Shown: piece after piece, positions 8,754 through 18,665 of the stretch
How the letters are laid out: each line of letters opens with the position of its first letter
Position numbering within the stretch: position 1 is the stretch's first letter
From: Rhizobiaceae bacterium
GTDB lineage: Bacteria; Pseudomonadota; Alphaproteobacteria; Rhizobiales; Rhizobiaceae
Length of the DNA: 58,322 nucleotides
Direction of reading: 5' to 3'
Assembly: GCA_051009515.1 (NCBI GenBank)
Contig: JBPCWM010000228.1
Coordinates: 1-58,322, forward strand
Notes under the pieces: model-generated
Seen by the model: only the letters and a program-made list of their open reading frames with translations
Database searches by the model: none
Told to the model about the DNA's origin: nothing
Made by a program: the position numbers and the translations under genes

Positions 8754-10754
8754 GTGTTCAAGAAAATACTGATAGCAAACCGTGGTGAAATCGCCTGTCG
8801 GGTGATCAAAACGGCGCGAAAAATGGGCATCAAAACGGTCGCAGTCTATTCTGACGCCGATCGCAACGCGCTGCATGTTTCCATGGCAGATGAGGCCATT
8901 CACATCGGACCTCCACCGGCGGCTGAATCCTATATTGTTATTGAAAAAATTCTTAACGCCATCAAGGAAACAGGCGCAGAAGCTGTCCATCCCGGATACG
9001 GCTTTTTGTCGGAAAACCCAAAATTTGCAAAAGCGCTTGAAGCTGCCGGTGTTGCCTTTATAGGACCTCCGGTCGGGGCGATTGAAGCCATGGGCGACAA
9101 AATCACCTCCAAAAAGCTTGCAATGGAGGCAAAGGTTTCGACCGTGCCCGGCCACATGGGGTTGATAGAAGACGCAGAAGAGGCCGTTAAAATATCCACC
9201 GAAATCGGTTATCCCGTTATGATCAAGGCGAGCGCCGGAGGCGGTGGCAGGGGCATGCGCATTGCCTGGAATGATGATGATGCAAGAGAAGGGTTCCAGT
9301 CGTCGAAGAACGAAGCAGCCAGTTCGTTTGGCGACGACCGGATATTCATTGAAAAATTCGTTACTCAGCCCCGCCACATCGAGATTCAGGTCCTCGGCGA
9401 CAAACACGGCAACTGCATTTATCTGGGAGAGCGGGAGTGCTCGATCCAAAGGCGCAATCAGAAGGTTATAGAAGAGGCCCCTTCTCCGTTTCTGGATGAA
9501 AAAACACGCAAGGCCATGGGCGAAGAAGCCGTCGCGCTGGCCAAAGCCGTGGACTATTGCAGCGCGGGCACGGTTGAATTCATCGTTGATGGGGAAAAGA
9601 ATTTCTATTTCCTCGAAATGAATACAAGGCTTCAGGTAGAGCATCCGGTGACAGAGTTGATCACCGACATTGACCTTGTCGAACAGATGATCCGCGTAGC
9701 CTACGGGGAAAAACTGGTCATCCGGCAAAGTGACGTAAAACTCAACGGTTGGGCCATTGAAAGCCGCCTCTACGCAGAAGACCCCTATCGAAATTTCCTG
9801 CCGTCCATCGGACGCCTCATCCGCTACCGCCCCCCCCAGGAGGGCAAGCAAAATGACGTGATCGTTCGCAACGACACGGGTGTTTACGAAGGTGGCGAAA
9901 TTTCAATGTTCTATGATCCCATGATCGCCAAATTGTGCACTTGGAGCACAGACCGTGCATCGGCCATTAATGCCATGAGAACAGCGCTTGACACATTTGA
10001 AGTGGAAGGCATTGGGCACAATCTGCCATTCCTATCAGCCGTTATGGATCATCCACGGTTTGTTAGCGGCAACATCACTACAGCATTTATTGAAGAAGAA
10101 TATCCAGATGGATTTGAGGGGGCGGAAACGTCTGCTGACGACATGCGCCGTCTGGCTGCCTGTGCTGCAGTGATGAACATGATAGCCCAATTGCGCCGCA
10201 CCCGCATTTCGGGGGCGATGACAAATCATAAACGCCGCGTGGGTAAGGATTGGGTGGTGAGCCTGTCTGGGCAGAATTTTTCGCTGTCAATGAAGCCCAA
10301 GAATGAAGGTGCAAAGATCCGTTTTGAAGATGGCGCAAAAATCAAGGTCCTGACAGACTGGCGACCCGGCATGAGCATGATGCGTGCCAGTGTGGATGGG
10401 CACGGCATTGCTGTGAAGGTGCGCACGTCTGCTGCAGGCTACGAATTGCGCTATCGCGGGGCTGATCATTCTGCACAGATCATGTCTCCGAGGGTCGCCG
10501 AGCTAAACGGATTCATGCTGGAGAAGGAGGCCGCCGACACGTCAAAACTTCTGCTATGCCCAATGCCGGGCCTCGTCGTGTCGATCAATGTCAGTGAAGG
10601 TGACGAAGTTCAGGATGGACAAGCACTGGCAACGGTTGAAGCCATGAAAATGGAGAATATTTTGCGGGCGGAGAAAAAGTCCAAAATATCCAAGATTCTC
10701 GCCAAGCCGGGCGACAGTCTGGCCGTAGACGAAGTCATCATGGAATTTGAATAG
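8754..10754 (+). CDS. pccA: Propionyl-CoA carboxylase alpha chain (biotin carboxylase + biotin carrier)
   Basis: FKKILIANRGEIA, HPGYGFLSEN, ERECSIQRRNQK, EMNTRLQVEHPVTE, biotin motif EAMKM; GTG start after GGAGGAG. Confidence 0.95.
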   Translation: MFKKILIANRGEIACRVIKTARKMGIKTVAVYSDADRNALHVSMADEAIHIGPPPAAESYIVIEKILNAIKETGAEAVHPGYGFLSENPKFAKALEAAGVAFIGPPVGAIEAMGDKITSKKLAMEAKVSTVPGHMGLIEDAEEAVKISTEIGYPVMIKASAGGGGRGMRIAWNDDDAREGFQSSKNEAASSFGDDRIFIEKFVTQPRHIEIQVLGDKHGNCIYLGERECSIQRRNQKVIEEAPSPFLDEKTRKAMGEEAVALAKAVDYCSAGTVEFIVDGEKNFYFLEMNTRLQVEHPVTELITDIDLVEQMIRVAYGEKLVIRQSDVKLNGWAIESRLYAEDPYRNFLPSIGRLIRYRPPQEGKQNDVIVRNDTGVYEGGEISMFYDPMIAKLCTWSTDRASAINAMRTALDTFEVEGIGHNLPFLSAVMDHPRFVSGNITTAFIEEEYPDGFEGAETSADDMRRLAACAAVMNMIAQLRRTRISGAMTNHKRRVGKDWVVSLSGQNFSLSMKPKNEGAKIRFEDGAKIKVLTDWRPGMSMMRASVDGHGIAVKVRTSAAGYELRYRGADHSAQIMSPRVAELNGFMLEKEAADTSKLLLCPMPGLVVSINVSEGDEVQDGQALATVEAMKMENILRAEKKSKISKILAKPGDSLAVDEVIMEFE

Positions 10755-10825
10755 TCCTTCGGATTCCTGGCAGTTCACCACAAATTCAGTTGCAAGACGG
10801 AATTTCATGGACCATCCGATGTTGT

Positions 10826-11428
10826 ATGATCAATGGGCTGAAACAAATCCTGAATTCCAGTTATCTTGTCTGGCTGGCATTGTTTGTGCCTTCAATTCCG
10901 ATGCTGGAGGACCTGTGGCACCATGAAAGATACTATGCCGAACTGATGTATGAATCCGGAGTTCTTGCCACGCAATTGATAATTGTCGCTCTTGCCATCA
11001 CGCCGCTGATGCGCATCACAACGAGGCTGCGGCCGATGCAAACTGCTCTGCTATGGGTGCAAAAAAGGCGTCGGGCAATTGGAGTGGCAGCATTTGGCTA
11101 TGCCGCACTCCACACGATATTCTATGTTCGCGAGATCGGCAGTTTTGAACTCGTTGTGCTGGAATTGGAGGAACCTTCACTTGTAACCGGCTGGCTGGCT
11201 TTTTTGATTTTGCTTGTATTGGCAGCGACATCCAACAGATTCAGCACGCGCAGGCTCGGTCCAAAATGGAAGTCGCTGCAAAGTACCAGCTACCTTGCGG
11301 CGACAGCAGTGTTTCTGCACTGGTGGCTGATCGACCAGTTCCTGTTGGAAATGCTGCTTTGGTTCGCACCCCTGCTGGTCTTGCAATTGCTGCGACTGCA
11401 AAAAGCACGAATGCAACAGTCTGTATAA
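10826..11428 (+). CDS. MsrQ/YedZ-like haem-binding membrane protein (ferric-reductase-like TM domain)
   Basis: LAITPL, RRAIGVAAFGYAALH, LAATSN, LGPKWKSLQ...Y, FLHW. Confidence 0.85.
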   Translation: MINGLKQILNSSYLVWLALFVPSIPMLEDLWHHERYYAELMYESGVLATQLIIVALAITPLMRITTRLRPMQTALLWVQKRRRAIGVAAFGYAALHTIFYVREIGSFELVVLELEEPSLVTGWLAFLILLVLAATSNRFSTRRLGPKWKSLQSTSYLAATAVFLHWWLIDQFLLEMLLWFAPLLVLQLLRLQKARMQQSV

Positions 11429-11517
11429 TGGGTAACCTGCAGAGGGGTCTGGCTTTGATACAGATCTATTGCACCGACCGATTTCAAGGCCAACACTCTG
11501 CAGAAATCCAGGCTACA

Positions 11518-11688
11518 TTAATCACCCAAAACGTAGCAAATGTAGCATGTGAAGGGGCTCCCGCCTTCAATTGAGCCGGTGCCGCCGCCATTGGTAATCC
11601 CATCGTCGGCCATCGACGGCGTTGCAAATGCGGTTGCTGCTGCAACAGCCATAACAATTGAAAGTGAGATTGCACGCAAATTTTTCAT
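11518..11688 (-). CDS. Small secreted peptide (56 aa): signal peptide plus Gly-rich mature part with CxxC
   Basis: MKNLRAISLSIVMAVAAATAFATPSMA|DDGITNGGGTGSIEGGSPFTCYICYVLGD; RBS AGAGGA just upstream of the ATG. Confidence 0.7.
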   Translation of the reverse strand: MKNLRAISLSIVMAVAAATAFATPSMADDGITNGGGTGSIEGGSPFTCYICYVLGD

Positions 11689-11773
11689 GATATCCTCTTG
11701 GGAGTTTATGAAGTCTGTGCGGCAGCAGACTGGTTTCGATAGGGAACCAATAACTGAGAATAACACCGCCGTA

Positions 11774-11789
11774 TGTGCAAAAATGCACA
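11774..11789. promoter_or_regulatory. Palindrome upstream of the small peptide gene
   Basis: TGTGCA-AAAA-TGCACA, about 85 nt upstream of the 11688 start. Confidence 0.35.
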
Positions 11790-11849
11790 CTGCGATGCAT
11801 CCTCAACTTTTCATGTGGTGCATTTGTCCAGTCTTGGAAACGTCTCCCC

Positions 11850-13199
11850 TTACCAGACCTCTTCCTTGAGCGGGAATTGGCGAAAATATCCCGGATCATC
11901 TGTACAAGTAACGTAAAGCATCCCCGGAACTGCGCTGGCACCACCGCCCTGAATGCCGGTACATTCATTACTGTTAAGCAGCGCCAGAGCATAGTGCCGA
12001 AGGGCGATGACCACATCGCCGCGAACCTTGCTCTTTGGTCCGGGTAATTTGGACAGGCGCTTATCGAGCAATTCTTTGGTCAAAGTCTTTGGTCGGCTAC
12101 CCAATTCAATGGGAGCAGCGCTGGACATATCAAATGTCGGTTCCTCTGGTTCTTGTTCCTTTGAAGCAGCGCTTTTTGCCTCCTCGGCTTTTTGAGCTTC
12201 CTCAACCAGTTTTTTCGCCTCGGCTTGCTTGACCTCTTCAGCCGATTTTGCAGCTTCAGCAGCCTTGGCCTCTTCAGCCTTCCTGGTCTCCTCCGCCAAT
12301 CTTGCTGCTTCCGCGACCTTGGCTTCCTCAGCCTTCTTGGCTTCTTCAACCAACTTCTTGGCTTCTGCCTGCTTGGTTTCTTCCGCCAGTTTCGCCGCTT
12401 CCGTTTGTTTTACTTTTTCAGCATCCGCCATACGCTTTGGCTCAGCCGCTTGTTCTTCCGCGACGGCGGCGGCGGCGGCGGCCGTTGCGCCGGCTGTAGC
12501 AGCAGGGGCGGTTGCTTGCGTGTCCTGTGCAGTCTCAGCCGCCTTGGCTACATCTTTACTCTGCTCACCGCTCGCTGATGCAGCATTGGCGGCTGTCTGT
12601 TTCTGTTTGTCCTGCTCAGCCAACTTGGCCTGCAACTCGTCCCATGTCATTTCTCGTTTGGGCTCAGGTTTGGACGCGTCAGTGGATTCTGTATTTGCAG
12701 CGCTTTGCGACGTCTGCGCGGGATCGGCGTTTGATGCGGTCGTTTTGAATGTGGTGCCGGGCCTGAAACTTGGTGTGGCAATGCGTTTTAAGCTAGCCAG
12801 ATTGGTATTGGTGGCTGCAGGGGCCGGCTTGGCTTGCTCTGCCGCAACCGGAGTTTCCTTGACAGCACCTTCCAACTGACTCTCGGCAACCCACAAGGCT
12901 GGCTTGCTGGTAATGGAATTTCCAAAACTCTTGACAAGCGCAGATCGGTTAAGAAATTCAGAAACGCGCACCCAGCCCGATTTTGTTTCATAAATGGTGA
13001 TTTTCGAACCTGCTTTCAGGCCATGTCCGTTTACGGCGACACAAGTGGCTGGACACAGACGGACAATGGGTGCTTCATCGCCAAGAGATTTCGTTTCTTG
13101 AGCGATTGAAACGCTACTGCACAGGACCAGCGCCAGCAACGCGAGGCCGCTCCTTGCAGTAAAATTTGACATAAAATTCGAACTGTCCATAAAATCCAA
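11850..13199 (-). CDS. Exported protein: SH3-like N-domain, long Ala/Glu/Lys repeat stalk, small Cys-containing C-domain
   Basis: Signal peptide ending SIA, '[17 protein letters not shown]' (bacterial SH3-like), AEEAKK-type repeats, and two C-terminal cysteines (NECTG...YVTC). Confidence 0.75.
   Translation of the reverse strand: MDFMDSSNFMSNFTARSGLALLALVLCSSVSIAQETKSLGDEAPIVRLCPATCVAVNGHGLKAGSKITIYETKSGWVRVSEFLNRSALVKSFGNSITSKPALWVAESQLEGAVKETPVAAEQAKPAPAATNTNLASLKRIATPSFRPGTTFKTTASNADPAQTSQSAANTESTDASKPEPKREMTWDELQAKLAEQDKQKQTAANAASASGEQSKDVAKAAETAQDTQATAPAATAGATAAAAAAVAEEQAAEPKRMADAEKVKQTEAAKLAEETKQAEAKKLVEEAKKAEEAKVAEAARLAEETRKAEEAKAAEAAKSAEEVKQAEAKKLVEEAQKAEEAKSAASKEQEPEEPTFDMSSAAPIELGSRPKTLTKELLDKRLSKLPGPKSKVRGDVVIALRHYALALLNSNECTGIQGGGASAVPGMLYVTCTDDPGYFRQFPLKEEVW
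12175..12425 (-). repeat. Intragenic degenerate tandem repeat encoding [11 protein letters not shown]-type helices
   Basis: Two near-copies, [23 protein letters not shown] and [23 protein letters not shown], plus shorter units; boundaries approximate. Confidence 0.7.
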
Positions 13200-13426
13200 C
13201 CACGATTGAAAAGAAACTGACCACGCACGAAAACTTTATCACAAGCCTTGATGAAAACACTAGGTGGCTTCATGAAATTGTCACCGGATTCTCCAAAGTC
13301 ACATTCCATTACACAGGGCAAGACTCCGCCAGAGGCATGAGACGAAAGTGCAGTCTTCACGTCTTGGCTCCGCTTTGCGTAGGTAGTATCCATAAACAGC
13401 GCTCAAACAACAATCGGGACCGGAAA

Positions 13427-15574
13427 ATGACAAAGAAATCTCCACCGAGAGACTGGCTCGACCTCGCTGCAAAAGAGATGAAGGGGGGAGACCCCGAAAG
13501 TTTGATCTGGAACACTCCTGAGGGCATCGCAGTCAAACCAGTCTATACAAGAGATGATTTAGACAATCTGGACCATCTTGGCTCTCTGCCCGGCTTTGCA
13601 CCTTATACCCGCGGAACAAAAGCCACCATGTATGCCGGTCGCCCCTGGACAATTCGTCAATATGCCGGCTTCTCAACGGCTGAAGAGAGCAACAAGTTTT
13701 ATCGCGCTGCCCTTGCTGGTGGGCAAAAAGGCCTGTCTGTGGCCTTCGATCTCGCAACCCACAGGGGCTATGATTCCGACCATCCGCGCGTTGTGGGTGA
13801 TGTTGGCAAAGCCGGTGTTGCCATTGACTCCGTGGAGGACATGAAGATCCTTTTCGACAGCATCCCGCTTGATGAGATGTCGGTGTCCATGACCATGAAC
13901 GGGGCAGTGATCCCGGTATTGGCCTCATTTATTGTTGCTGGTGAAGAACAGGGCGTGTCACGTGCACAACTTTCCGGAACCATTCAAAACGACATTTTGA
14001 AAGAGTTCATGGTGCGCAACACCTATATCTTCCCCCCTGAACCCAGCATGCGCATCGTGTCGGACATTATCGAATATACGGCCAACGAAATGCCACGCTA
14101 TAATTCAATTTCGATTTCCGGCTATCACATTCAGGAAGCGGGAAGTACTATCGTGCAAGAACTGGCATTCACGCTGGCGGATGGGCGCGACTATGTGCGC
14201 GCCGCGCTGGCCAAAGGCATGGACGTGGATGCCTTTGCAGGCCGCCTTTCTTTCTTCTTCAACATGGGCATGAATTTCTTTATGGAAGCTGCAAAATTGC
14301 GCGCGGCACGCTTCCTTTGGTCGCGCATCATGTCTGAATTTGGTGCCTCTGAACGCAGCCAAATGCTGCGCACCCATTGCCAGACTTCAGGTGTTTCCCT
14401 GCAGGAACAGGACCCCTACAACAACATCGTGCGCACCGCATATGAAGCGATGAGTGCAGCCCTTGGCGGCACCCAAAGCCTGCACACCAATTCTTTTGAT
14501 GAGGCCATTGCGCTGCCGACCGACTTTTCCAGCCGCATCGCCCGCAACACTCAGTTGATCCTGCAACATGAGACTGGTGTGACCAAGGTTGTTGATCCGC
14601 TCGCCGGTTCTTATTACGTTGAAAACCTCACTGCCCAGCTTATTGATGAAGCATGGGACCTCATGGAAGAGATCGAGGGCCTCGGTGGCATGACGCAGGC
14701 CATTAATGAAGGCATGCCCAAGGCGCGCATCGAGCAGGCCGCTGCCCAGAAGCAGGCGCGTATCGACAAGGGTGAAGAGGTCATTGTCGGGGTCAACAAA
14801 TATCAACCTGGCCAGGAAACGAAGGTTGACGTGCGAGATATCGACAATGAGGCGGTGCGGGATGCGCAAATTGCCCGGCTGATGCGCATCCGCAAGACCC
14901 GCAATGCCGATGCACACAAAATAGCGCTGGACAATCTCGAGAACGTTGCCCGCACGGGTGACGGCAATATTCTGGAAGCGGCTGTTGAAGCAGCACGTGC
15001 GCGGGCCACAGTGGGTGAAATCTCATGGGCCATGGAAAATGCCTTTGGGCGCCATGCCGCTGATATCGTCACGATTGAAGGCGTTTACGAAGACGCTTAT
15101 GGCGATGATCCGGTTTACCAAAAAACACAGGGGTCAGTCTCCAGCTTTACAGAAAAACTTGGGCGCAAACCCAGGGTCTTGGTGGTCAAAATGGGTCAGG
15201 ACGGTCACGACAGGGGGGCCAAGGTGATTGCGACCGCCTTTGGAGACCTTGGGTTTGACGTCAGTGTTGGCCCGCTGTTTATGACACCGGAGGAAGCTGC
15301 AGATATGGCCGTGGACCTTGATGTCGATATCGTGGGTGTATCATCCCATGCTGCTGGCCATAAGACTTTGGCGCCCATGTTGTTAAAGGAGTTGGCCGGA
15401 CGTGATGCCGCAGACAAGATTGTTATCTGCGGTGGTGTGATTCCAAGTCAGGATTACGACTTCCTGACCGAGGCTGGTGTTAAAGCGGTGTTCGGCCCGG
15501 GGACCAACATACCTGACGCAGCGATGAGTCTTATTGAGCTGTTGCGCGAGCAACTTCGTGGCCGCAATCGCTGA
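13427..15574 (+). CDS. scpA: Methylmalonyl-CoA mutase (B12-dependent)
   Basis: [37 protein letters not shown]12-binding [10 protein letters not shown]. Confidence 0.95.
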   Translation: MTKKSPPRDWLDLAAKEMKGGDPESLIWNTPEGIAVKPVYTRDDLDNLDHLGSLPGFAPYTRGTKATMYAGRPWTIRQYAGFSTAEESNKFYRAALAGGQKGLSVAFDLATHRGYDSDHPRVVGDVGKAGVAIDSVEDMKILFDSIPLDEMSVSMTMNGAVIPVLASFIVAGEEQGVSRAQLSGTIQNDILKEFMVRNTYIFPPEPSMRIVSDIIEYTANEMPRYNSISISGYHIQEAGSTIVQELAFTLADGRDYVRAALAKGMDVDAFAGRLSFFFNMGMNFFMEAAKLRAARFLWSRIMSEFGASERSQMLRTHCQTSGVSLQEQDPYNNIVRTAYEAMSAALGGTQSLHTNSFDEAIALPTDFSSRIARNTQLILQHETGVTKVVDPLAGSYYVENLTAQLIDEAWDLMEEIEGLGGMTQAINEGMPKARIEQAAAQKQARIDKGEEVIVGVNKYQPGQETKVDVRDIDNEAVRDAQIARLMRIRKTRNADAHKIALDNLENVARTGDGNILEAAVEAARARATVGEISWAMENAFGRHAADIVTIEGVYEDAYGDDPVYQKTQGSVSSFTEKLGRKPRVLVVKMGQDGHDRGAKVIATAFGDLGFDVSVGPLFMTPEEAADMAVDLDVDIVGVSSHAAGHKTLAPMLLKELAGRDAADKIVICGGVIPSQDYDFLTEAGVKAVFGPGTNIPDAAMSLIELLREQLRGRNR

Positions 15575-15597
15575 ACACTGAACTTCCCTGACTTGAT

Positions 15598-15774
15598 CTA
15601 GGCCTGATCCAGTTGTTCCATCTTGCCATGATCGAGATCCATTGACTTATGATTTTCCGGTGCCGATTGAGGTGCAAAGCCACTGGCAATGCCGCCATTG
15701 GCGATTACCAGACCAATTGCACAAAACACGATAATCGCTGCGATGGACAGTTTGAATTCAATTCTGCGGGTCAT
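15598..15774 (-). CDS. Small exported or membrane-anchored protein (58 aa)
   Basis: ATG after GGAG; MTRRIEFK followed by a hydrophobic helix and a polar His/Met tail (HKSMDLDHGKM). Confidence 0.5.
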   Translation of the reverse strand: MTRRIEFKLSIAAIIVFCAIGLVIANGGIASGFAPQSAPENHKSMDLDHGKMEQLDQA

Positions 15775-16114
15775 AACTTTTACTCCCGAGTATGCTCTTG
15801 TGACGCTTGGGTTGGACACGAATAGTGAGCCAATGTGAATTCAACGAGGACAGACTGTGTCCGAATCTTGAATTTTCTTGGGTCATTTTGCGTACTTTGA
15901 GTTACCAAAGTCTAAACCTTGCCATTGCTGACGACCAAAAATTCTTTTTTTTCAATGCACTGCTTTGCATAATCCACAGCAACGAATTGGGAAAAGAACG
16001 CGCAGCAATTTGACCAACGCAATTGTGACGCATGTGCTGCCCATTTGCCGCTGATCATGGTAGGACGGTCACCGCCAACATGTATTGGCACGTAAATGAT
16101 TGAAGGAGATTGAG

Positions 16115-17101
16115 ATGCTGCGCTGGGGAATATTGTCGACCGCAAAAATCGGAAAGGAACATGTAATTCCTGCAATTCAGATAGCACACAACAGCAACGT
16201 CACTTGCATTGCCTCGAGGGATTCTCAACAGGCGCGTAAGGTTGCCGATCAGTTTGGCATCCCCGGAACTATCGGATCGTACGAGGAACTGCTGGCGAGT
16301 GACGAGATCGATGCAGTATATATCCCGCTTCTCACTTCGCTGCATGTGGAATGGTCGATCAAGGCCGCCAACGCAGGAAAGCATGTGCTTTGCGAAAAAC
16401 CGATCTCCCTTCACGCCAATGAAATCGACGCCATTATTGAGGCGCGCGACCGCAATGGTGTCGTGATCAGCGAAGCATTCATGGTCACCTACCACCCGCA
16501 ATGGCAAAAGGTTCGTTCGCTCATAGCAGAAGGGGCTGTCGGCACCCTGCGCCACGTGCAATCGGCATTCACCTATAATAACACCGATCCCGACAATATG
16601 CGCAATATACTCAGCCAGGGCGGTGGTGCCCTGCCGGATATTGGAGTTTATCCCACCGTCACCACACGTTTTGCCACTGGTAAGGAGCCGAGAAGTGTTT
16701 CCGCCAAAGTGATGCGCAACGCCACCACCGGTACGGACAATTACGCTACCTGGCGTGCAGATTTCGGTGATTTTGAGATGTCCACTTATGTCGCCACAGA
16801 GATGGCCCTGCGCCAGGAAATTTCATTCCATGGCGATCGGGGCTGGATTGAACTTTCCGCCCCGTTCAATGCCGGCCTTTACGACGCTGACACCGTGACG
16901 CTCCATGACAAGGATCACAAGCTTGCCCAAAGCTTCCGTTTCGCCGGTGTGAATCAGTACACCTTGCAGATTGAGGCTTTTGCAAGAACCGTCGCGGGTG
17001 GCAAAAGTGAGGTGTTCAGCCTTGAGGATTCGCTCAACAACCAAAAGCTGATTGATGCCATTTACAAGGCCGGAGAAAGTGGCAACTGGGAAGACGTATA
17101 G
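16115..17101 (+). CDS. Gfo/Idh/MocA-family oxidoreductase
   Basis: LRWGILSTAKIG, GKHVLCEKP, GGGALPDIGVY; RBS AAGGAG. Confidence 0.9.
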   Translation: MLRWGILSTAKIGKEHVIPAIQIAHNSNVTCIASRDSQQARKVADQFGIPGTIGSYEELLASDEIDAVYIPLLTSLHVEWSIKAANAGKHVLCEKPISLHANEIDAIIEARDRNGVVISEAFMVTYHPQWQKVRSLIAEGAVGTLRHVQSAFTYNNTDPDNMRNILSQGGGALPDIGVYPTVTTRFATGKEPRSVSAKVMRNATTGTDNYATWRADFGDFEMSTYVATEMALRQEISFHGDRGWIELSAPFNAGLYDADTVTLHDKDHKLAQSFRFAGVNQYTLQIEAFARTVAGGKSEVFSLEDSLNNQKLIDAIYKAGESGNWEDV

Positions 17102-17105
17102 CCGC

Positions 17106-17483
17106 CTATTTCAGCCGAGCCGTTCCAAATCCCACAGAGTACCGTTTGCAATAGACGTGAACAGAGGTAATCGGGCTGGTGCCGGCAAAGGTATAGCTTT
17201 GCGCGCCCTTGAATTTTTTCAACTTCTGGATGCGTTTGGTGGGACTTCCATTGCCGACATAAATATAAAGGTCTGGGCCGGAAGACGATCTGAAATTGTT
17301 AGCCAGACTGATGGTCGTCTTGCCACCGGATGTCGAAACTTTGACCGCGCCGCTAACTTTGTAACGTCCCATACCGGAAAACTTTCCGCTTTGATCTGCA
17401 GCGAGAGCTGCGCTTTGTTCCAAAGCTAGAAACGCGAGCGCTGCAATCAGGGTGATGGGTCTGGACAAGAGCAATTTGAACAT
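17106..17483 (-). CDS. Exported DM13-domain protein
   Basis: Signal peptide; GPDLYIY, GAQSY, VHVYCKRYSVGFGTA. Confidence 0.8.
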   Translation of the reverse strand: MFKLLLSRPITLIAALAFLALEQSAALAADQSGKFSGMGRYKVSGAVKVSTSGGKTTISLANNFRSSSGPDLYIYVGNGSPTKRIQKLKKFKGAQSYTFAGTSPITSVHVYCKRYSVGFGTARLK

Positions 17484-17651
17484 GGGTGATATTCCTGCGA
17501 CAATTTTTACCAAGATTGTTCCCACAAAACTAGATTAGGCAAGTCACAGAGCATCACCCTTTATTGATATTGCGTAATCGATGGCCATATTGATGGTCTG
17601 AAGAAGTGAGAATTTTCTTTTGTTTTTCGTTTGCATCGCTAAGTTGTCCCC

Positions 17652-18665
17652 ATGAGCAATAGCACACCTCTTCCGATGATCGACCCTTTTGGTCGTACCG
17701 TTGATTATCTGCGCGTTTCAGTAACTGACAGATGCGATTTTCGCTGTGTATATTGCATGGCGGAAAACATGACATTTCTACCCAAGAAAGACCTGTTGAC
17801 TCTGGAAGAACTGGACCGACTTTGTTCCGGATTCATTGACAAAGGTGTTCGCAAATTGCGACTGACTGGCGGTGAACCGCTTGTGCGCAAGAACATCATG
17901 CAATTATTTCGCTCGCTCTCCCGGCATTTGGCATCCGGTTCTCTGGAAGAACTGACATTGACCACAAATGGTTCACAATTGGCCAAGTATGCTTCTGAGC
18001 TTGTCGATTGTGGTGTCAAGCGGGTCAATGTTTCGATTGATACTCTGAACCGGGAGAAATTCACAAAAATCACCCGCTGGGGCCAGTTGGGCAAGGTCAT
18101 GGAAGGTCTTGAAGCGGCTCGCAAGGCCGGACTTTCAGTCAAGATCAATGCCGTTGCCCTCAAAGAAGTAAATGAGTTCGAGATAGAAGACATGATGGCA
18201 TGGGCCCATGGCGAGGGATTTGACCTAACGCTAATTGAAACCATGCCGCTTGGTGAAATCGAGGAAGACCGCACCGACCAGTATTTACCGCTTTCGCTGG
18301 TGCGTCGAAGGCTGGAAGAGAAATTCACCCTTAGCGAAATTCCCTACAAGACCGGCGGCCCTGCGCGCTATGTGGAAGTGGCTGAGACTGGCGGACGGCT
18401 TGGCTTTATCACACCACTCACCCATAATTTCTGTGAAAGTTGCAACCGGGTACGCATTACCTGCACAGGGACTCTCTACATGTGCCTTGGGCAGGACGAC
18501 GCAGCGGACCTACGCAAGCCTTTGCGGGAGTCGGAGGGCAATGAACTGCTCTACGACGCCATTGACGAAGCGATTGGCCGCAAACCAAAAGGGCATGACT
18601 TCATTATCGAAAGGCGTGGTGAAGGCCCGGCTGTTGGGCGTCACATGTCGATGACGGGCGGGTAG
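17652..18665 (+). CDS. moaA: GTP 3',8-cyclase (radical SAM, molybdopterin biosynthesis)
   Basis: [35 protein letters not shown]-terminal MSMTGG. Confidence 0.96.
   Translation: MSNSTPLPMIDPFGRTVDYLRVSVTDRCDFRCVYCMAENMTFLPKKDLLTLEELDRLCSGFIDKGVRKLRLTGGEPLVRKNIMQLFRSLSRHLASGSLEELTLTTNGSQLAKYASELVDCGVKRVNVSIDTLNREKFTKITRWGQLGKVMEGLEAARKAGLSVKINAVALKEVNEFEIEDMMAWAHGEGFDLTLIETMPLGEIEEDRTDQYLPLSLVRRRLEEKFTLSEIPYKTGGPARYVEVAETGGRLGFITPLTHNFCESCNRVRITCTGTLYMCLGQDDAADLRKPLRESEGNELLYDAIDEAIGRKPKGHDFIIERRGEGPAVGRHMSMTGG

Noticed and set aside
9830-9837. C8 run in pccA as a phase-variation tract
   Set aside because: It encodes the ordinary YRPP segment of a housekeeping enzyme.
8514-9851. 445-aa minus-strand ORF
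   Set aside because: Antisense shadow of pccA with no motifs of its own.
12229-12879. Ala/Ser-rich 216-aa ORF, and the repeats here as a possible CRISPR or non-coding array
   Set aside because: The repeats are degenerate, codon-phased and lack spacers; the minus-strand AEEAK protein explains them.
13200-13426. Possible cobalamin riboswitch before the mutase
   Set aside because: I could not find a B12-box or the conserved core; a covariance-model search would be needed to exclude it fully.
16115-17101. Second Gfo/Idh/MocA gene as part of the SQ system
   Set aside because: It lacks the MEYRY, REHRFPF and DHHG motifs and lies about 35 kb away.
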